A stretch of 64,000 nt of DNA from Okamejei kenojei (GCA_035221665.1 CM069131.1:84444001-84508000); one strand, 5' to 3'. Shown: positions 36,767 through 50,585, counted from the stretch's first letter. Notes: a model not told the origin generated them from the sequence alone. Translations and numbers: made by a program.

Positions 36767-39700
36767 ATAGAAACATAGAAACATAGAAAAATAGGGGCAG
36801 GATTAGGCCATTTGGCCCTTCGAGCCAACACCGCCATTCAATATGATCATGGCTGATCCTATAAAATCAGTACGCCGTTCCTGCTTTCCCCCCATATCCT
36901 TTGATTTGTTTAGCCTAAGAGCTAATCCTAGCTCTCTCTTGAACACATCCAGTGAATTGGCCTCCACTGCCTTCTGTTGCAGATAATTCCACAGATTCAC
37001 AACTCACTGGCTTATGAAGCTTTTCCTCATCTCAGTACTAAATGGCCTACCCATTATTCTTAAACTGTGACCACTGTTTCTGGACTCCATCAACATTTTT
37101 CCTGCATCTAGCCTGTCCAATCCTTTAAGAATTTTATATGTTTCTATAAGATATCCTCTCATCCTTCTAAATTCCAGTAAATACAAACCCAATCGAACCA
37201 TTCTTTCATCATATATCTGGATATGTCATCCCAGGAATTAACCCAGTGAACCTATGCTGCACTCCCTAAACAGCAATAATGTCCTTCTTCAAATTAGGAG
37301 ACCAAAACTGCACACAATCCTCCAGATGTGGTCTCACCAGGGCCCTGTACAACTGCAGAAGGACCTCTTTACTCCTATAATCAAGTCCTCTCACAATGAA
37401 GGCCAACATGTCATTAGCTTTCTTCACTGCCTGCTGTACCTGCATGCCTACTTTCACTGCCTGCTGTACCTGCATGCCTACTTTCAGTGACTGATGTACA
37501 AGCACACCCAGGTCTCATTGCTCCTCCCCTTTTCATAATCTGACACTTTTCCGATAATAATCTACCTTCTTGTTCTTGCCACCAAAGTGGATGACCTCAC
37601 ATTTATCCACATTATCCGCATCTGCCATGCTTCTGCCCACTCACCCAACCTATCCAAGTCACTCAGCAGCCTCATAGCATCCCCATTGCAGCTCACACTG
37701 CCACCCAGCTTTGTGTCATCCGCAAACCTGGAGATGTCACATTTAATTCCCTCATTGTTAATATATATAGTAAATAACTGGGGTCCCAGCACTGAGCCTT
37801 GCGGCACCGCACTAGTCACTGCCTGCCATTCTGAAAAGGAACCGTTAATTCCTACTCTTTGCTTCCTGTCTGTTTACCTGCATGTTAATTTTCAGTGACT
37901 GGTGTACAAGGACACCCAGGTCTCGTTGCACTTCCCTTTTTCCTAATCTGACACCATTGAAATAATAATATTCCTCCTTGGTCTTGCCGCCAAAGTGGAT
38001 AACCTCACTTTTATCTACATTATGCTGCATCTGCCATGCATCTGCCCACTCACTCAACCTGTCCATGTCACCCTGCAACCTCCTTGCATTCTCTTCACAG
38101 TTCACACTGCCATCCAGCTTTGTGTCATCTGCAAATTTGCCATTGTTACTTTTAATTCCATCATCTAAATCATTAATATATATTGTAAATAGTTGTGCCC
38201 CTGCACCGAGCCTTGAGGCACTCCAATCGCCATTGCCTGACATTCTGACAGAGACCCGTTTATTCCTACTCTTTGTTTCCTGTCTACCAACCAATTCTCT
38301 ATCCATGTCAATACCTTACCCCCAATACCATGTGCTCTAATTTTGCACACTAATCTCTTGTGTGGGACCTTGTCAAAGGCTTTTTGAAAGTCCAGATACA
38401 CCACATCCACTGGCTCTCCCTTATCCATTCTACTTGTTACATCCTCAAAAAATTCCAGAAGATTAGTCAAGCATGATTACCCCTTCATAAATCCATGCAG
38501 ACTTAGATCGACCCTCTCACTGCTTTTCCAATTGCGCTGCTATAACATCTTTAACAATCGACTCAAGCATCTTCCCCACTACTGATCTCTATAATTTCCC
38601 GTTTTCTCTCTCCCTCCTTTCATAAAAAGTGGGGTTTTAAACTTCCTTGAAAAGGAACTGATCCAGAGTCGAGAGAACATTGGAAAATTATCACCAATGC
38701 ATCCACGATTTCTAGGGCCACCTTCTTGAGTACTCTGGGATGCAGACCATCAGGCTCTGGAGATTTATCTGCCAACAGTCCCAACAGTTTACCTAACATT
38801 ATATCCTGACTAATGTCGATTCCCTTCAGTTCCTCCCTCCACTAGATCTTCAGTACTCTAGTATTTCTGGGAGATTGTTTGTGTCTTCCTTAGTAAAGAC
38901 AGAACCAAAGTACTCGTTTAACTGTTCTGCCATTTCCATGTTTCCTATTATAAATCACCTATCTCTGATTGTAAGGGACCTACATTTGTCTTCTTAATCT
39001 TTTCCTTTTTACATATCTAAAGAAGCTTTTACAGTCAGTTTTTATATTCTACGCAAGCTTTCTTCCATGCTCTTTCCCCCCCACATAATTAACCCCTTTG
39101 TCCTCCTTTGTTGAGTTCTAAATTTCTCCCAGTCCTCCGGTTTGCTGCTTCCTTTGGCCAATTTATATGCCTTTTCCTTGGATTTAACACTATCCCTCAT
39201 TTCCCTCATTTGTCACGGTTGAGCCGCCTTCCCCATTTTATTTTTTCGCCAGACAGGTATGAACAATATTTGGAGTTCACCCATGCAGTCTTTAAATCTT
39301 TGCCATTGCATCTCCACTGTCAACCCTTTAAGTATCATTTGCCAATCTATCCTAGCCAATTCCCGTCTCATACCTTCAATATCTCCTTTCTTTAAGTTCA
39401 GGCCCTAGTCTCTGAATTAACTGTGTCACTTTCCATCCTAATGCAGAATTCCACCATATTATGGACACTGCTGCCCAAGGGGCTTTGCACAACAAGATCG
39501 CTAACTAATCCTTCCTCATTACACAATACCCAGTCTAGGATGGCCTCCCTCTAGTTGGCTCTGTTCACTTGGACCATCTCCGACAACTCCCTACCATTTC
39601 TGAATCTCACCGTCTCCATCACAGGAGACAGACTATTGACCGAAATCTACTACAAGCCTATTGACTCCCATTGCTATCTAGATTACACTTCTTCACACCC

Positions 39701-41400
39701 TGCATCCTATAAAGATTCTATACCCTACTCACAATCCCTCCGCCTATACTAGCTCTGCGCCCAGGATGAGGTTTTCCGTACGAGATCATTGGAGATGTCC
39801 TCATTCTTTAGGAAACGGGGGTTCTCCTCTTCCATTATAGATGAGGCTCTCACTAGGGTCTCCTTGATATCCCACAGCTCCACTCTTGCTCCCCCTCCCC
39901 CCATTCGCAACAAGAACAGAGCCTTGCCCTCACCTTCCACCCCATCAGCCGTCGCATACAGCATATAATCCTCCAACACTTTTGCCACCTCTAACGGGAT
40001 CCCACTGCTGGCCACGTCTTCCCATCTCCACCCCTTTTTGCTTCCTGCAGAGACCAACCCCTCCACGACTCCCTGGTCAACTCGTCCCTTCCCACCCAAA
40101 CCACCCCCTCCCCAGGTACTTTCAACTGCAACCGCAGGAGATGCAACACCTGTCCCTCTACCTCCCCGCTCGACTCCATCCAAGGACCCTGACAGTCTTT
40201 TCAGGTGAGGCAGAGGTTAACTTGCACCTCCTCCAACCTCATCTACTGTATCCGCTATTCCAGGTGTCATCTTCTGTACATCAGCAAGACCAAGCGCAGG
40301 CTCGGTAATTATTTTGCTGAACACTTCCGCTCAGTCCGCCTTAACATACCTAATCTCCCAGTTGCTCAGGACTCCAACTCCCCCTCCCATTCCCAATCTG
40401 TCCTTTCTGTCCTGGGCCTCGTCCATTGTCCGAGTGAGGCCCAACGCAAATTGGAGGAACAGCACCTCATATTTCACTTCGGTAGCTTACCCTAGTGGTA
40501 TGAACATTGACTTCTCTAACTTCAGATAGACCTTGCTTTCCCTCTCCCTCCATCCCCTCCCCCTTCCCAGTTCTCCCACCAGTCTTGCTGTCTCCGACTA
40601 CATTCTATCTCTGTCCCTCCCACTCCCCTGACATCAGTCTGAAGGATCTTGACCCAAAACATCATCCATTCCTTCTCTCCAGAGATGCTGCCTGTCCCGC
40701 TGAGTTACTCCATCATTTTGTGTCTATCTTCGATTTAAACCAGCATCTGCAGTTCTTTCCTACACCTCTAGTTGGTTCTTTGACATATTGGTTTAAAAAT
40801 ACCATCCCGTATGCATTCCAGGAAATCCTTCTCCTCAGCACTGCTACCAATTTGGATGGCTCAATCTATATGTAGATTAAAGTCACCCATAATAACCACT
40901 GTACCTTTGCGACACGCATCCCTAACTTACTGTTTGATGCTATCCCCAACCTCCCTACTGCTGTTTGGTGGTCTGTATACCACTCCAACAAGCGTTTTCT
41001 GCTCTTGGCTATTTTGCAGTTCTACCCATACTGATTCTACAGCATATAAGCTAATGTCTCTTCTTGCTATTGCAATAATCTCCTCTTTAACCAGCAATGC
41101 CACCCCACCTCCTCTTCCTTTCTATCTATCCTTCCTGAATATTGAATACCCCTGCATGTTTAGCTCCCAGCCTTGGCCACCCTGGAGCCATGTCTCCGTG
41201 ATTACAACTATATCATATTCCTTAACTACTAACTGCACATTCAATTTTTCTACCTTATTACGAATGCTCCTCACATTAAGGTACAAAGCTTTCAGGTTTG
41301 TTTTTCTTATCTCCCTTCTACCTTTTGCTTCTGTTCTCCTTTTATGGCCCTCTGTCTCCTTGCATTGGTTCCCACCTCCTGCCCTGTTACTTTAAATGTG
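36767..41400 (-). mobile_element. Near full-length CR1 ORF2 (APE endonuclease + RT), degraded and composite, split by Penelope
   Basis: Minus strand: LYLNVRSIR, ITETW, GGVAL, MGDFNL (40.9-41.3 kb), DFQKAFDKVPH, KFADDTK and the tail. The RT segment is present twice around 37873. Confidence 0.92.
39559..40764 (+). mobile_element. Penelope-like element, 5'-truncated (RT C-terminus, GIY-YIG, terminal repeat)
   Basis: LPFLNLTV, IYYKPIDSHCYLDYTSSHP, CNRRRCNTC, NLIYCIR..LLYISKTKRRLG; TSD CCTCTAGTTGG (39548-39558 and 40765-40775). Confidence 0.95.
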
Positions 41401-41964
41401 ACCTTTCCTACACTCTCTTTCCAGTTAACTGCACGCATACGCTTCCACGTTGTTGTCTCCACCCCCCCCCCCCCCCCCCCCCCCCCTGTTTAGTTTATAT
41501 CCACCCGTGTAGCACTAGCAAACCGATCGACGTGGACTCGGTGAGCCAATGGGCCTGATTCCATGCTACATCTCTAAACTAAACAAAACTACTAACTTTT
41601 CTGATTCAGTCACACATAAAAACCAAATAGCTTCATCTGCATTGGAATTCTGCTGCTGGATTTATCTGTATCCATCGGATAACCAATGTAAATATAGTTG
41701 CCAGATATTTATCTCAACATCCAGAAATCAGTGACACTCCCTGCAACATTTTCCTGTCATGATTTCTCTGTTGCAGTGTGATTGCCTCAAAGGAAGCAGC
41801 AACAAATTGTAACTAATTCACAAGTGAGCAGAGATCTACAAAACTACCATTAGAAAATTTGCTACTATATGAGAAAACAGCAATTGCTGATCAGTTCTTT
41901 AGAAGAGCTTGCAAATAAAGTAAAGAAGTAAAGGCAATAATAAAAGTCCTGAAATGACCAATGC

Positions 41965-41966
<2 letters not shown>

Positions 41967-42024
<58 letters not shown>

Positions 42025-43920
42025 TATTTTATTGTCATTACACATAAGTGCAACAAGATTTGGTTTGCAACTTCCATCCGATGTCATAACTTTAACAATT
42101 AATAAAATTTAGGTTTAGATACCCCGAGAACAAGGTTTGTAAAAAGAACAATAGAACAGTAAAACAGTCAAAACAGATTAAAGTGCAGATGTGTCTGTGC
42201 GACGTGACCATCCGAGGGAGACAGTCCATGGGGGTGGGGGGCACTCAGCAGGGCCAGTTCAGAGCCGCTATAGCTCTGGGAATGAAGCTGTTCCTGAGTC
42301 TGGAGGTACGGGTGTAGAAGGCCTTGTAACGTCTGCCGGAAGGGAGTAGTTCGAACAGTCCATTACAAGGGTGAGAGGAGTCTTTATGGATGTTGACGGC
42401 CTGCATACCGCACAGAGATGCCATAAGTTAGTATGCTCTCTGTCGTGCAGCGGTAGAAGGTCGTCAGCAGCTGTTGGGGCAGACCAGTCCGTTTCAATGT
42501 TCTTAGGAAGAACAGTCGTTGTTATGCCTTTTTGACCAGCGCAGCAGTGTTGGTGGACCATGTGAGGTCCTCTGAGATGTGAGTGCCCAGAAACTTAAAG
42601 CTGGACACTCTCTTCACACTGTCTCCGTAGATGGAGATTGGGGCGTATACCCCATTCTGTGACCGCCTGAAGTCGATAATCAACTCCTTGGTCTTGGAGG
42701 TGTTTAGTGACAAGTTGTTCCGTGAGCACCTGTCTGCCAGGTTCTACACCGCCGCCTGTATTTTGTTTCTTCACCGTTGGTGATCAGCCCGATCACCGTT
42801 GTGTCGTCTGCAAACTTGACAATGGTGTTGTTGTCAAATGCAGGGACACAGTCGTGAGTGACGAGGGAGTAGAGCATGGGGCTCAGTACACAGCCCTGTG
42901 GTGTGCCGGTGCTCAGGGTGAGGGTGGAGGACAGCCCGGTCTCACTGCGGGCCCAGTCTCACTGCCTGTGGTCGTTCCGTCAGAAAATTCAGGATCCAAT
43001 TGCATATCAGTGAGCTGAAGCCTAGCTGGTGGAGTTTGGTGGTGAGCTTGGTGGGGATGACCGTATTGAAGGCAGAGCTATAGTCTATGAAGAGCATCCT
43101 TACGTACATGCCCTGTCTTTCCAGGTGAGTCAGGACAGTGTGAAGAGCCAGAGAGATGGCATCCTCTGTGGATCTATTTGCCCTGTATGCAAATTGATGA
43201 GAGTCCAATGAGGCAGGGATGCTGTTTTGATGTGGGAGAGGACCAGCCTTTCAAAGCTCTTCATTGGTATTGGAGTTAAGGCAACCGGACGGTAGTCATT
43301 CAGGTTGGTGACTTTAGACTTTTTCGGCACCGACACTATGGTAGATGTCTTCAGGCACTTGGGGTCCGTTGCCAGAGATAGAGACAGGTTAAAGATCCTC
43401 GTGAATACCTCCGCCAGCTGTACAGCACAGTCCTTTAGTACCCTATCCTGGTCTCCATCCGGGCCTGCAGCCTTGCGTGGATTGATCCTACGCAGAGCGC
43501 ACTGTACCTCCTGGGTGCTCAGTGTTAAGGCCTGTCCCTCCGCCATGGCCGGGGTTATTCCTCTCCTGGTGGTGTTGCCAGTTTCAAAGCAGGCAAAGAA
43601 GGTGTTTAACACATTGGCCAGTGTGATATCTGTGGGGGCAGGTGGGGCTGCTCTTGTAGTCAGTGATGTCCCTGACACCCTGCCACATGCTTCTGGTGTC
43701 CGCGGTGTTGAAGTGGTCTTCCACCCTTACCTGTGGATGTCTTTGGCCTTTTTTATGCCTTTGTTCAGGTTTGACCTGGCAGCACTGTATGCAGAAGTGT
43801 CCCTGGATTTAAAGGCAATGTTGCGTGCCCTTAGCAGATTCCGAACCTCCTTGTTCATCCACGGTTTCCGGTTTGGGAACATCTTTATTTGCTTGTCCAC
43901 TGTGACAGTCTCCACACTGT
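41967..43920 (-). mobile_element. Rex1/Babar LINE, 2-kb 5'-truncated copy with (ATT)n tail
   Basis: [59 protein letters not shown]; (aat)n tract at 41967-42023. Confidence 0.93.
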
Positions 43921-44025
43921 CATATGGTTTGAAATAATGGTTTGGAATAAGGTTTGGTTTGGCTTGGTTTGGAAAATATGGTTTTAAATAAATTACAAAA
44001 TATTGCAAATTACAACTACCCAACT

Positions 44026-44370
44026 TTAGTTTTGTTTAGTTTAGAGATACAGCTTGGAAACTGGCCGCTCGGTACACCAAGTCCGAGCCGACCAGTGATC
44101 CCTGCACACTAACACTATCCTACACACTAGGGATAATTTACAATTTGACCAAGCCAATTAGCCTACAAACCAGTACGTCTTTGGAGTGTGGAAGTAAACT
44201 GGAGATCCCGGAGAAAACCTGGATAACCTAGATAACTGCCACGGGGCGAATGTACAGACCAGGTCATGGGGAGAACCTTCAAACTCTGTAAAGACAGCAC
44301 CCGTAGTCAGGATCTAACCCGGGTCTCTGGCACTGTCAGGCAGCAACTCTATCATGGTGCCACCATGCCA
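44026..44370 (-). mobile_element. HE1-like SINE
   Basis: tttagtttagagatacagc...gtcaggatctaacccgggtctctggc...gcagcaactcta. Confidence 0.9.
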
Positions 44371-44874
44371 CAGTTAGTTAAGTTTATTTGTTCAAATTAT
44401 TATTATGCAATTACCAACACCAGAATAACTCTCTTAATTTACAATATGGATTGCTGAATTAGTATTTCTGTAATTCTTTAATTGGACTCATGTTCGCATT
44501 GTGTGATAGCGATATATAGCATGGAGACAGACCACTCAGGCCAGCTCATCAACACTGACCAAATTGTCTTTCTAAGCTACTGACATAAACCTGTGATTTG
44601 GCCATCTCTATCAAAACCTTTCTGCTGACTGGTTAGCACGCAACAAAAGCTTTTCACTGTATCTCGGTATACGTGACAATAAACAAAACTGATATTGAGA
44701 GTATATTGGAAACAAGATGAATTTTAGAATCTATTTTCAATACAGAGTAAGGGACTATTTGCATGCATAGAATTTTTTGTTTGTATTTAGAAATTATTGT
44801 TTACAGAAAGTGCCATTAGAATTTTTAGTACAAATATCTTACTGTGTCTTTGTTCATTATGCAAATATTTAACT

Positions 44875-44876
<2 letters not shown>

Positions 44877-44924
<48 letters not shown>
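44877..44924 (+). repeat. Poly-C run (48 nt)
   Basis: Directly visible. Similar C/G runs occur near 2315, 2461, 7186, 9106 and 41462. Confidence 0.9.
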
Positions 44925-45384
44925 AGACCTGTGATTAAGAAGCTTTGCTGAAATTAATGGGGAAATTGTAACTACGGGTGGAAACCGACTTGAAAGCATG
45001 GAGCAATCTTTTGGAGATTATTAGTGTCAAGGACATGAATTTTGCACGAGGTACCTTCCTATGTTTGACTGCCAAATAACAGCCTAGCACAGAGCCATCT
45101 TGTGTTGCATGTAGTCACCAAGTTGTGAGGTTGGATGTGTGGGATGGGCATGGATAAAATAAACCAGCATGGGTGGGGGGAGGGTGCACATAGAAAGAAA
45201 GTGTTAATATGAAATAATACAATTTGAACAGGGTTAAACCAGCAATGTCAGCTTTATGACCAAACTGGTGAGAACATTAACTTGATTCCACCCTGGTTTG
45301 GTCATGTTGAGTGGTTTATGAACCACTTATGAACCACTTTATGTGGTTTATGGGCCCAGGATGGCAGAGCTTGAAACCTTTTTT

Positions 45385-45850
45385 GTGAGACTGGAACATC
45401 CGAAGAAAACCCACGAGGTCACAGGAAGAATGTACAAGCTCTGCACAGACAGTAACCGTAGTCACGATCGATTCCGGGTCTCTGGCACTGTGAAACAGCA
45501 GCTCTACCGCTGAGCCACTGTGCCGCCCTTTGCTTCCTACGGATAAAAAAAATCAGTGGTGCTTTTAGTAGAGCTGTTATCTTACAGCACCAGAGACCTA
45601 GGTCGTGTCTCTTTGGAGTTTTCATGTTATCCCTGTGACCATGTGGGTTTTCTCCGGGAGCTCTGGTTTCCTCTCACATTCCAAAAACGTGTGGGTTTGT
45701 AGGGTCATTGTCATATGTAAATTACCACTGGTGTGTTGGGACGAGATGAGAAAGTGGGATAAGATAGTAATAGTGTGTGGGTGTTCAATGGGCAGCGTGG
45801 ACTTGATGGGCTGAAGGGCCTGTGACCATGATGTGTTTCTAAATCTAAAG
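45385..45850. mobile_element. Head-to-head pair of HE1-like SINEs
   Basis: Minus copy 45385-45528 (head and core) and plus copy 45554-45850. Confidence 0.85.
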
Positions 45851-46632
45851 TTACAGCTGTGGGCTTTGGATAATAAACAATGTTTTCTGGACTAGGCAAA
45901 TGGTCAGAAATGGACTAACCATTACTTCTGAATTTTTCACCAAACCTACATTGTAATGAAGAAAAATATAATTTGAGCACAAGATTAAATCAACAGATTA
46001 TCCTAACAATCCAGCAAATTCATTATTGGCTTTTAGAAAGGATAACTGCATCCTTATCTGGTGTGGCCTTCATTAATGTAATTTACATTAGATTAGTGTA
46101 AATGGGTAATTGATGGTCAGCATAGATTTGGTGGGTTGACTCCATGACTCCGTGACCACTAACCCTGCCTGTTCAAATTTGTTGTACTGATATCTGAGGT
46201 GATGCTCTGTGGAGAAGGTGATGTTCTGTCGGAAGACGAGTCCCAACCCGAAACGATCACCTATCCATGTCCTCCAGAGAAGCTGCCTGACCCACTGAGT
46301 TACTCCACCACTTTGTGTCTTGTTAGTAAATCAGCATCTGTAGTTGCGTGTTTTTTCATTAAATAAGAAATGTCATCACTGAGGTTGAAAATCTCATTGG
46401 AGATGAACTTTGCCTTTTGCATTAATGTTGACAACATTTGGGGAAGTTAATTGCTTAAAAAAAGTTAAAGAGCAAACAGAACCAGAGGAAACCAAAGGAG
46501 TACAATTTCCCAAAAGCGCAGAATTACTTGTAAATATTCTAAATATTGTTCTGCTCTGTGTTTAACCAGTTTCCAACGGCAACGTACCAGTTATTTTTGA
46601 TTGTTATTAATCTGCGAGAAGGCTTTCACGGT

Positions 46633-47043
46633 AGAAACAAATGCTGGAGTAACTCAGCGGGACAGGCAGCATCTCTGGAGACAATAGACAATAGACAATA
46701 GGTGCAGGAGTGGGCCATTTGGCCCTTCGAGCCAGCACAGCCATTCAATATGATCATGGCTGATCATCCCCAATCAATACCCCGTTCCTGCCTTCTCCCT
46801 ATATCCCCTGACTCCGCTATCCTTAAGAACCTTATCTAGCTATCTCTTTAAAGTATCCAGAGAACCAGCCTCCACCGCCCTCTGAGGCAGGGAATTCCAC
46901 AGATTCACAACTCTCTTGAGAAAAAGTGTTTCCTCAGCTCCGTTCTAAATGGCTTACCCCTTATTCTTAAACTGTGGCTTCTAGTTCTGGACTCCCCCAG
47001 AAGGAATGGGTGATGTTTCGGGTCAAACCCCTTCTTCAGACTG
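46633..47043 (-). mobile_element. Penelope terminal repeat split by a CR1 3' end (46681-46998)
   Basis: gcatctctggag | acaatagacaatag...ctccccc | agaaggaatgggtgatgtttcgggtc. Confidence 0.88.
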
Positions 47044-47303
47044 TTTTCAAGGCGTTGCTTGTTTTATTGTTGGGTGGGGATATTTACCGAAGGTTAAAGA
47101 GACTGCGGGATTGGAAGGCAATATTTTCTCAGTTGTGAAATATTGTTAAAGGAATGTGAGAAGAATTAGAATGTTCCATCTATTCTGGTATTTTTCTTCA
47201 AATGATAGTCAGGTTTCCTCTTGAATATTTGGCTTGCTTGATATTTTCTACCACAGCTGAATAAAAATGTTCTTTATTTTGTGAGAGGATTTTAAGAATT
47301 TAT

Positions 47304-47590
47304 GGCACAATGGTGCAGTGGTAGTGTTGCTGCCTTACAGCGGCAGAGACACTGGTTTGATCCTGACTTCAGGTGCTGACTGTATGGAGTTTGTACGTTC
47401 TCACTATGACCGTGTGGGTTTTCCTCCCACATTCCAAAGAAATGGAGGTTTGTAGGTTAATTGGCCTGTAAATTGTGTGTAGTATACAAAATTGGGCTAT
47501 CACCCATAGAACTAGTGTATGGGTGATAGTTGCCTGACGTGGTGGGCCAAAGGCCTTTTCCATGCTGTATCTTGAAACAAAATTAAACTA
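47304..47590 (+). mobile_element. HE1-like SINE
   Basis: ggcacaatggtgcagtggtagtgttgctgccttacag...ggtttgatcctgac. Confidence 0.88.
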
Positions 47591-48802
47591 CATTTCTTGT
47601 AATTGGCAGAGTTTAATTTAGACATGTTCTAGTACATTTTTGTTTCTCCTAAGTTTATTCCACAACCATAGTGATTGATGTTAATCATTACATATCATTT
47701 TGTTGTATTTCCCATATTCTATATCATCCATAATATAGAATAAAATCTACAATTTGCTTTATAACATTACTGACTTCTACCAGATTGTCTTCATGAAATG
47801 TTTGAGTAGAATTGCTTAACAGTTCTTAAAAAAATATAACATCCCATCCTGTATTAATTGATGTAGACATTTTTAATTACAATGTCATCATTGATTTAAG
47901 ATAGAATTAATTTTAATATATATGAATCAATAGAGGGACTATTATTACATTAATATTCTGGGTAATTATTCTGGGTATATAATTGTACGTGGAAGTTGTG
48001 GTGTTTAAAGTATTTATTTAATAATTCCATATCTCAGATTGGACATGATGTCTATCCTGTCAAACAATAGCAGCAGACAGTTTAAATCAAAATTTGCATT
48101 GCTTGACCTTTAATATGGTAAGTGTTTTTTTTACTACTGTTCTATATGCTGATGTTCCAATGCATCAGACATCAAGATTGATCCTAATTGTAGTTAGCAA
48201 GGTGATTATTCTTACAACTAACTATCACACAAAAATAAGGTGATGGCTTCTTTACTCATCTTTCTACTTTATTTCTATACTGCAGTTTCCAGGAAACCTA
48301 AACACCTATCAAGCAATTACACTAGTCAATGAGATAGGGTTATTCTTTATAAATAACATTTTTGGAAAATCTGATTACTTACGTTGGAATAAATATGAGG
48401 TGCAAGAAATGTACCATGCATCAAATTGGTGTGAAATGATTGGTATGACATCTCTACATCTAGTCCGGGCCATCCAGAGAACGGAGCCGGTTTGGTTTTA
48501 CCTTTTAGCTTAATGCTGCTGTCTTCTTCCTTGGCCCACAGATGAAAAACCTTTAGAATCCATGGGCTCTTCATATAAAGAGTTTTCATCAGTTCTTTAA
48601 AGAACACTTAACATTTGGTGACGCATACAGGGAGTAAATTTAATTCATCATAGTTCTGAATTTATGGTTAGTATTGTTAATCTCCCAAATTGCCAATCCA
48701 TCACTTGGGCAGCAATTCCCACCAGAGAGTAATGCCGGACAACAGGAGGATGTACTCACACACTTCCCCCATAGCAGCACCCCCACTTTGTAACGTGTTG
48801 TT

Positions 48803-49260
48803 GTGTGGGAAGGAACTACAGATGCTGGATTACACTGAAGATAGACACAAAAAGCTGCAGTACCTCAGTGGGACAGGCAGCTCTGGATAGAAGGAATGGG
48901 TGACGTTTCAGGTTGTGATCCTTCTTCAGACTGAGAGTTTGGGTAGAGTGTTCTTGTTGATCATCATCCAGGTTGGAGAATGAAAATAAAGCGTTTGAGG
49001 AGGCAAGAGAGGCTGGGGCATAGCACAAGAAGGTGGTGGCGACAGAAGTGCAGGGGAATGGCAAACATAGAAACATAGAAAATAGGTGCAGGAGGAAGCC
49101 ATTTGGCCCTTCGTGCTAGTACCGCCATTCATTGTCCATGTTAATACCCAAGCCCCAATGCCATGTGTTCTAATTTTGCCCACTAATCTCCTGTGTGGGA
49201 CCTTATCAAAGGCTTTCTGAAAATCCAGACACACTACATCCACTAGCTCTCCTTCATCCT
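48803..49260 (-). mobile_element. Penelope terminal repeat (48803-49060) plus an internally deleted CR1 (49064-49260)
   Basis: aaggaactacagatgctgg...cttcttcagactg; the CR1 tail is joined directly to DFQKAFDKVPH. Confidence 0.8.
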
Positions 49261-49414
49261 AGTGGGGAAAAAAAGGGAACTGACCAGTTGTCACATGGCC
49301 AGAAATCATGTATTCTAGTCTCTAATTATGTCTCTAAGCAGTTCTGGAATGGAAGGCTTCAGAAATAATTATAATTGACCAAAATATGTAAGTATCGTAA
49401 GTGGAGGCAATTAG

Positions 49415-50585
49415 TTACTTGTCATGTGTACCGAGGTACAGTGAAAAGCCTTTTGTTGCTTACTATCCAGTCAGCATAAAGACTAAACATGATTACAATT
49501 GAGCTGTCCACAATGTACAGATACAGGATATTCATTTGAATCTGATTAAAGATACGTCCACAATTCTCTGCATTTCTTGCAGTCTTGGATGGAGCTGTTC
49601 CCAAACCATGTTAGACAATAGGCAATAGACAATAGACAATAGGTGCAGGAGTAGGCCATTTGGCCCTTCGAGCCAGCACCGCCATTCAACGTGATAATGG
49701 CTGATCATCCACAATCATCCCCTACCGCGGGGTGGAAGATTGCAACCTTCACGTGGTCCGCCCTGTTTCGACTAATGCAATCAACTCGACGTGCACAAAG
49801 ATCAAATAGAATGTTGCCCAACAACTTTAGGCTGTGTACACCACACGAATAAAGAAGAAGAAGATCCCCTACCGCCACATCAGGTCCATGGATGATGTAA
49901 TCTCCCTACACTCATCCCTGGAACATCTGGATAAGAGAGACATCTTGTGTTGTGATGCACCCTGATAAAACGCTTTCTACAGTGCATCTGTAGAAGTTGG
50001 TGAGAGTTGTTGGGGACATGACAAACGTCCTAAGCTTTCTAAGGAAGTCGAATCTGTAGAAGTAGTTAGTGTGCTTTCATGGTCATTGCTGCGATATGGC
50101 TAGTCCAGAACAAGTTGCTGGTGATATTTACTCCTAAGAACTTGAAGCTTTCAACCATTTGCTCTTTGGCACATCAATGTCTACCGGGGTATGTGTACCA
50201 CTGTACTTCCTGAATTTGATGCAGAGATGAGCACTGACTTCAAGTTCCATGTGTTTGGTTATGAATCTGGATGGGATAATGGTATTAAAAGCAGAGCTGT
50301 AGTCTATGAATAGGAGTCTGACGTAGATGTCTCTCTTATCCAGATGTTCCAGGGATGAGTGTGAGGAGATGGCATCATCCGTGGACCTGATGTGGCGGTA
50401 GGCGAATTGCAGTGGGTCGGTTGCTTGGTAGACTAGATTTAATGTGTTCCATAACCAACCTCTCAACGCACTTCATGATGGTAGATGTCAAGGCTACTGG
50501 ATGGTAATCATTAAGGCATGCGATCTTGCCTTTCTTCGGTGCCGAGATGATAGTAGTTTCTTGAATCAGGTGTGTACCTCAGAAC
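49415..50585 (-). mobile_element. Rex/Babar LINE with a composite insertion at 49611-49950
   Basis: [30 protein letters not shown]; the insert contains a CR1 tail, an RTE-like tail and an inverted self-copy. Confidence 0.85.
49729..49863 (+). mobile_element. Short non-LTR 3' end with (AAG)n tail, probably RTE clade
   Basis: Flanked by a direct repeat of about 12 bp (ATCCCCTACCGC); ends in aagaagaagaag. Confidence 0.65.

Noticed and set aside
48347-48607. 86-aa minus-strand ORF with a GTAAGT donor near 48381
   Set aside because: No identifiable protein family and no convincing acceptor.
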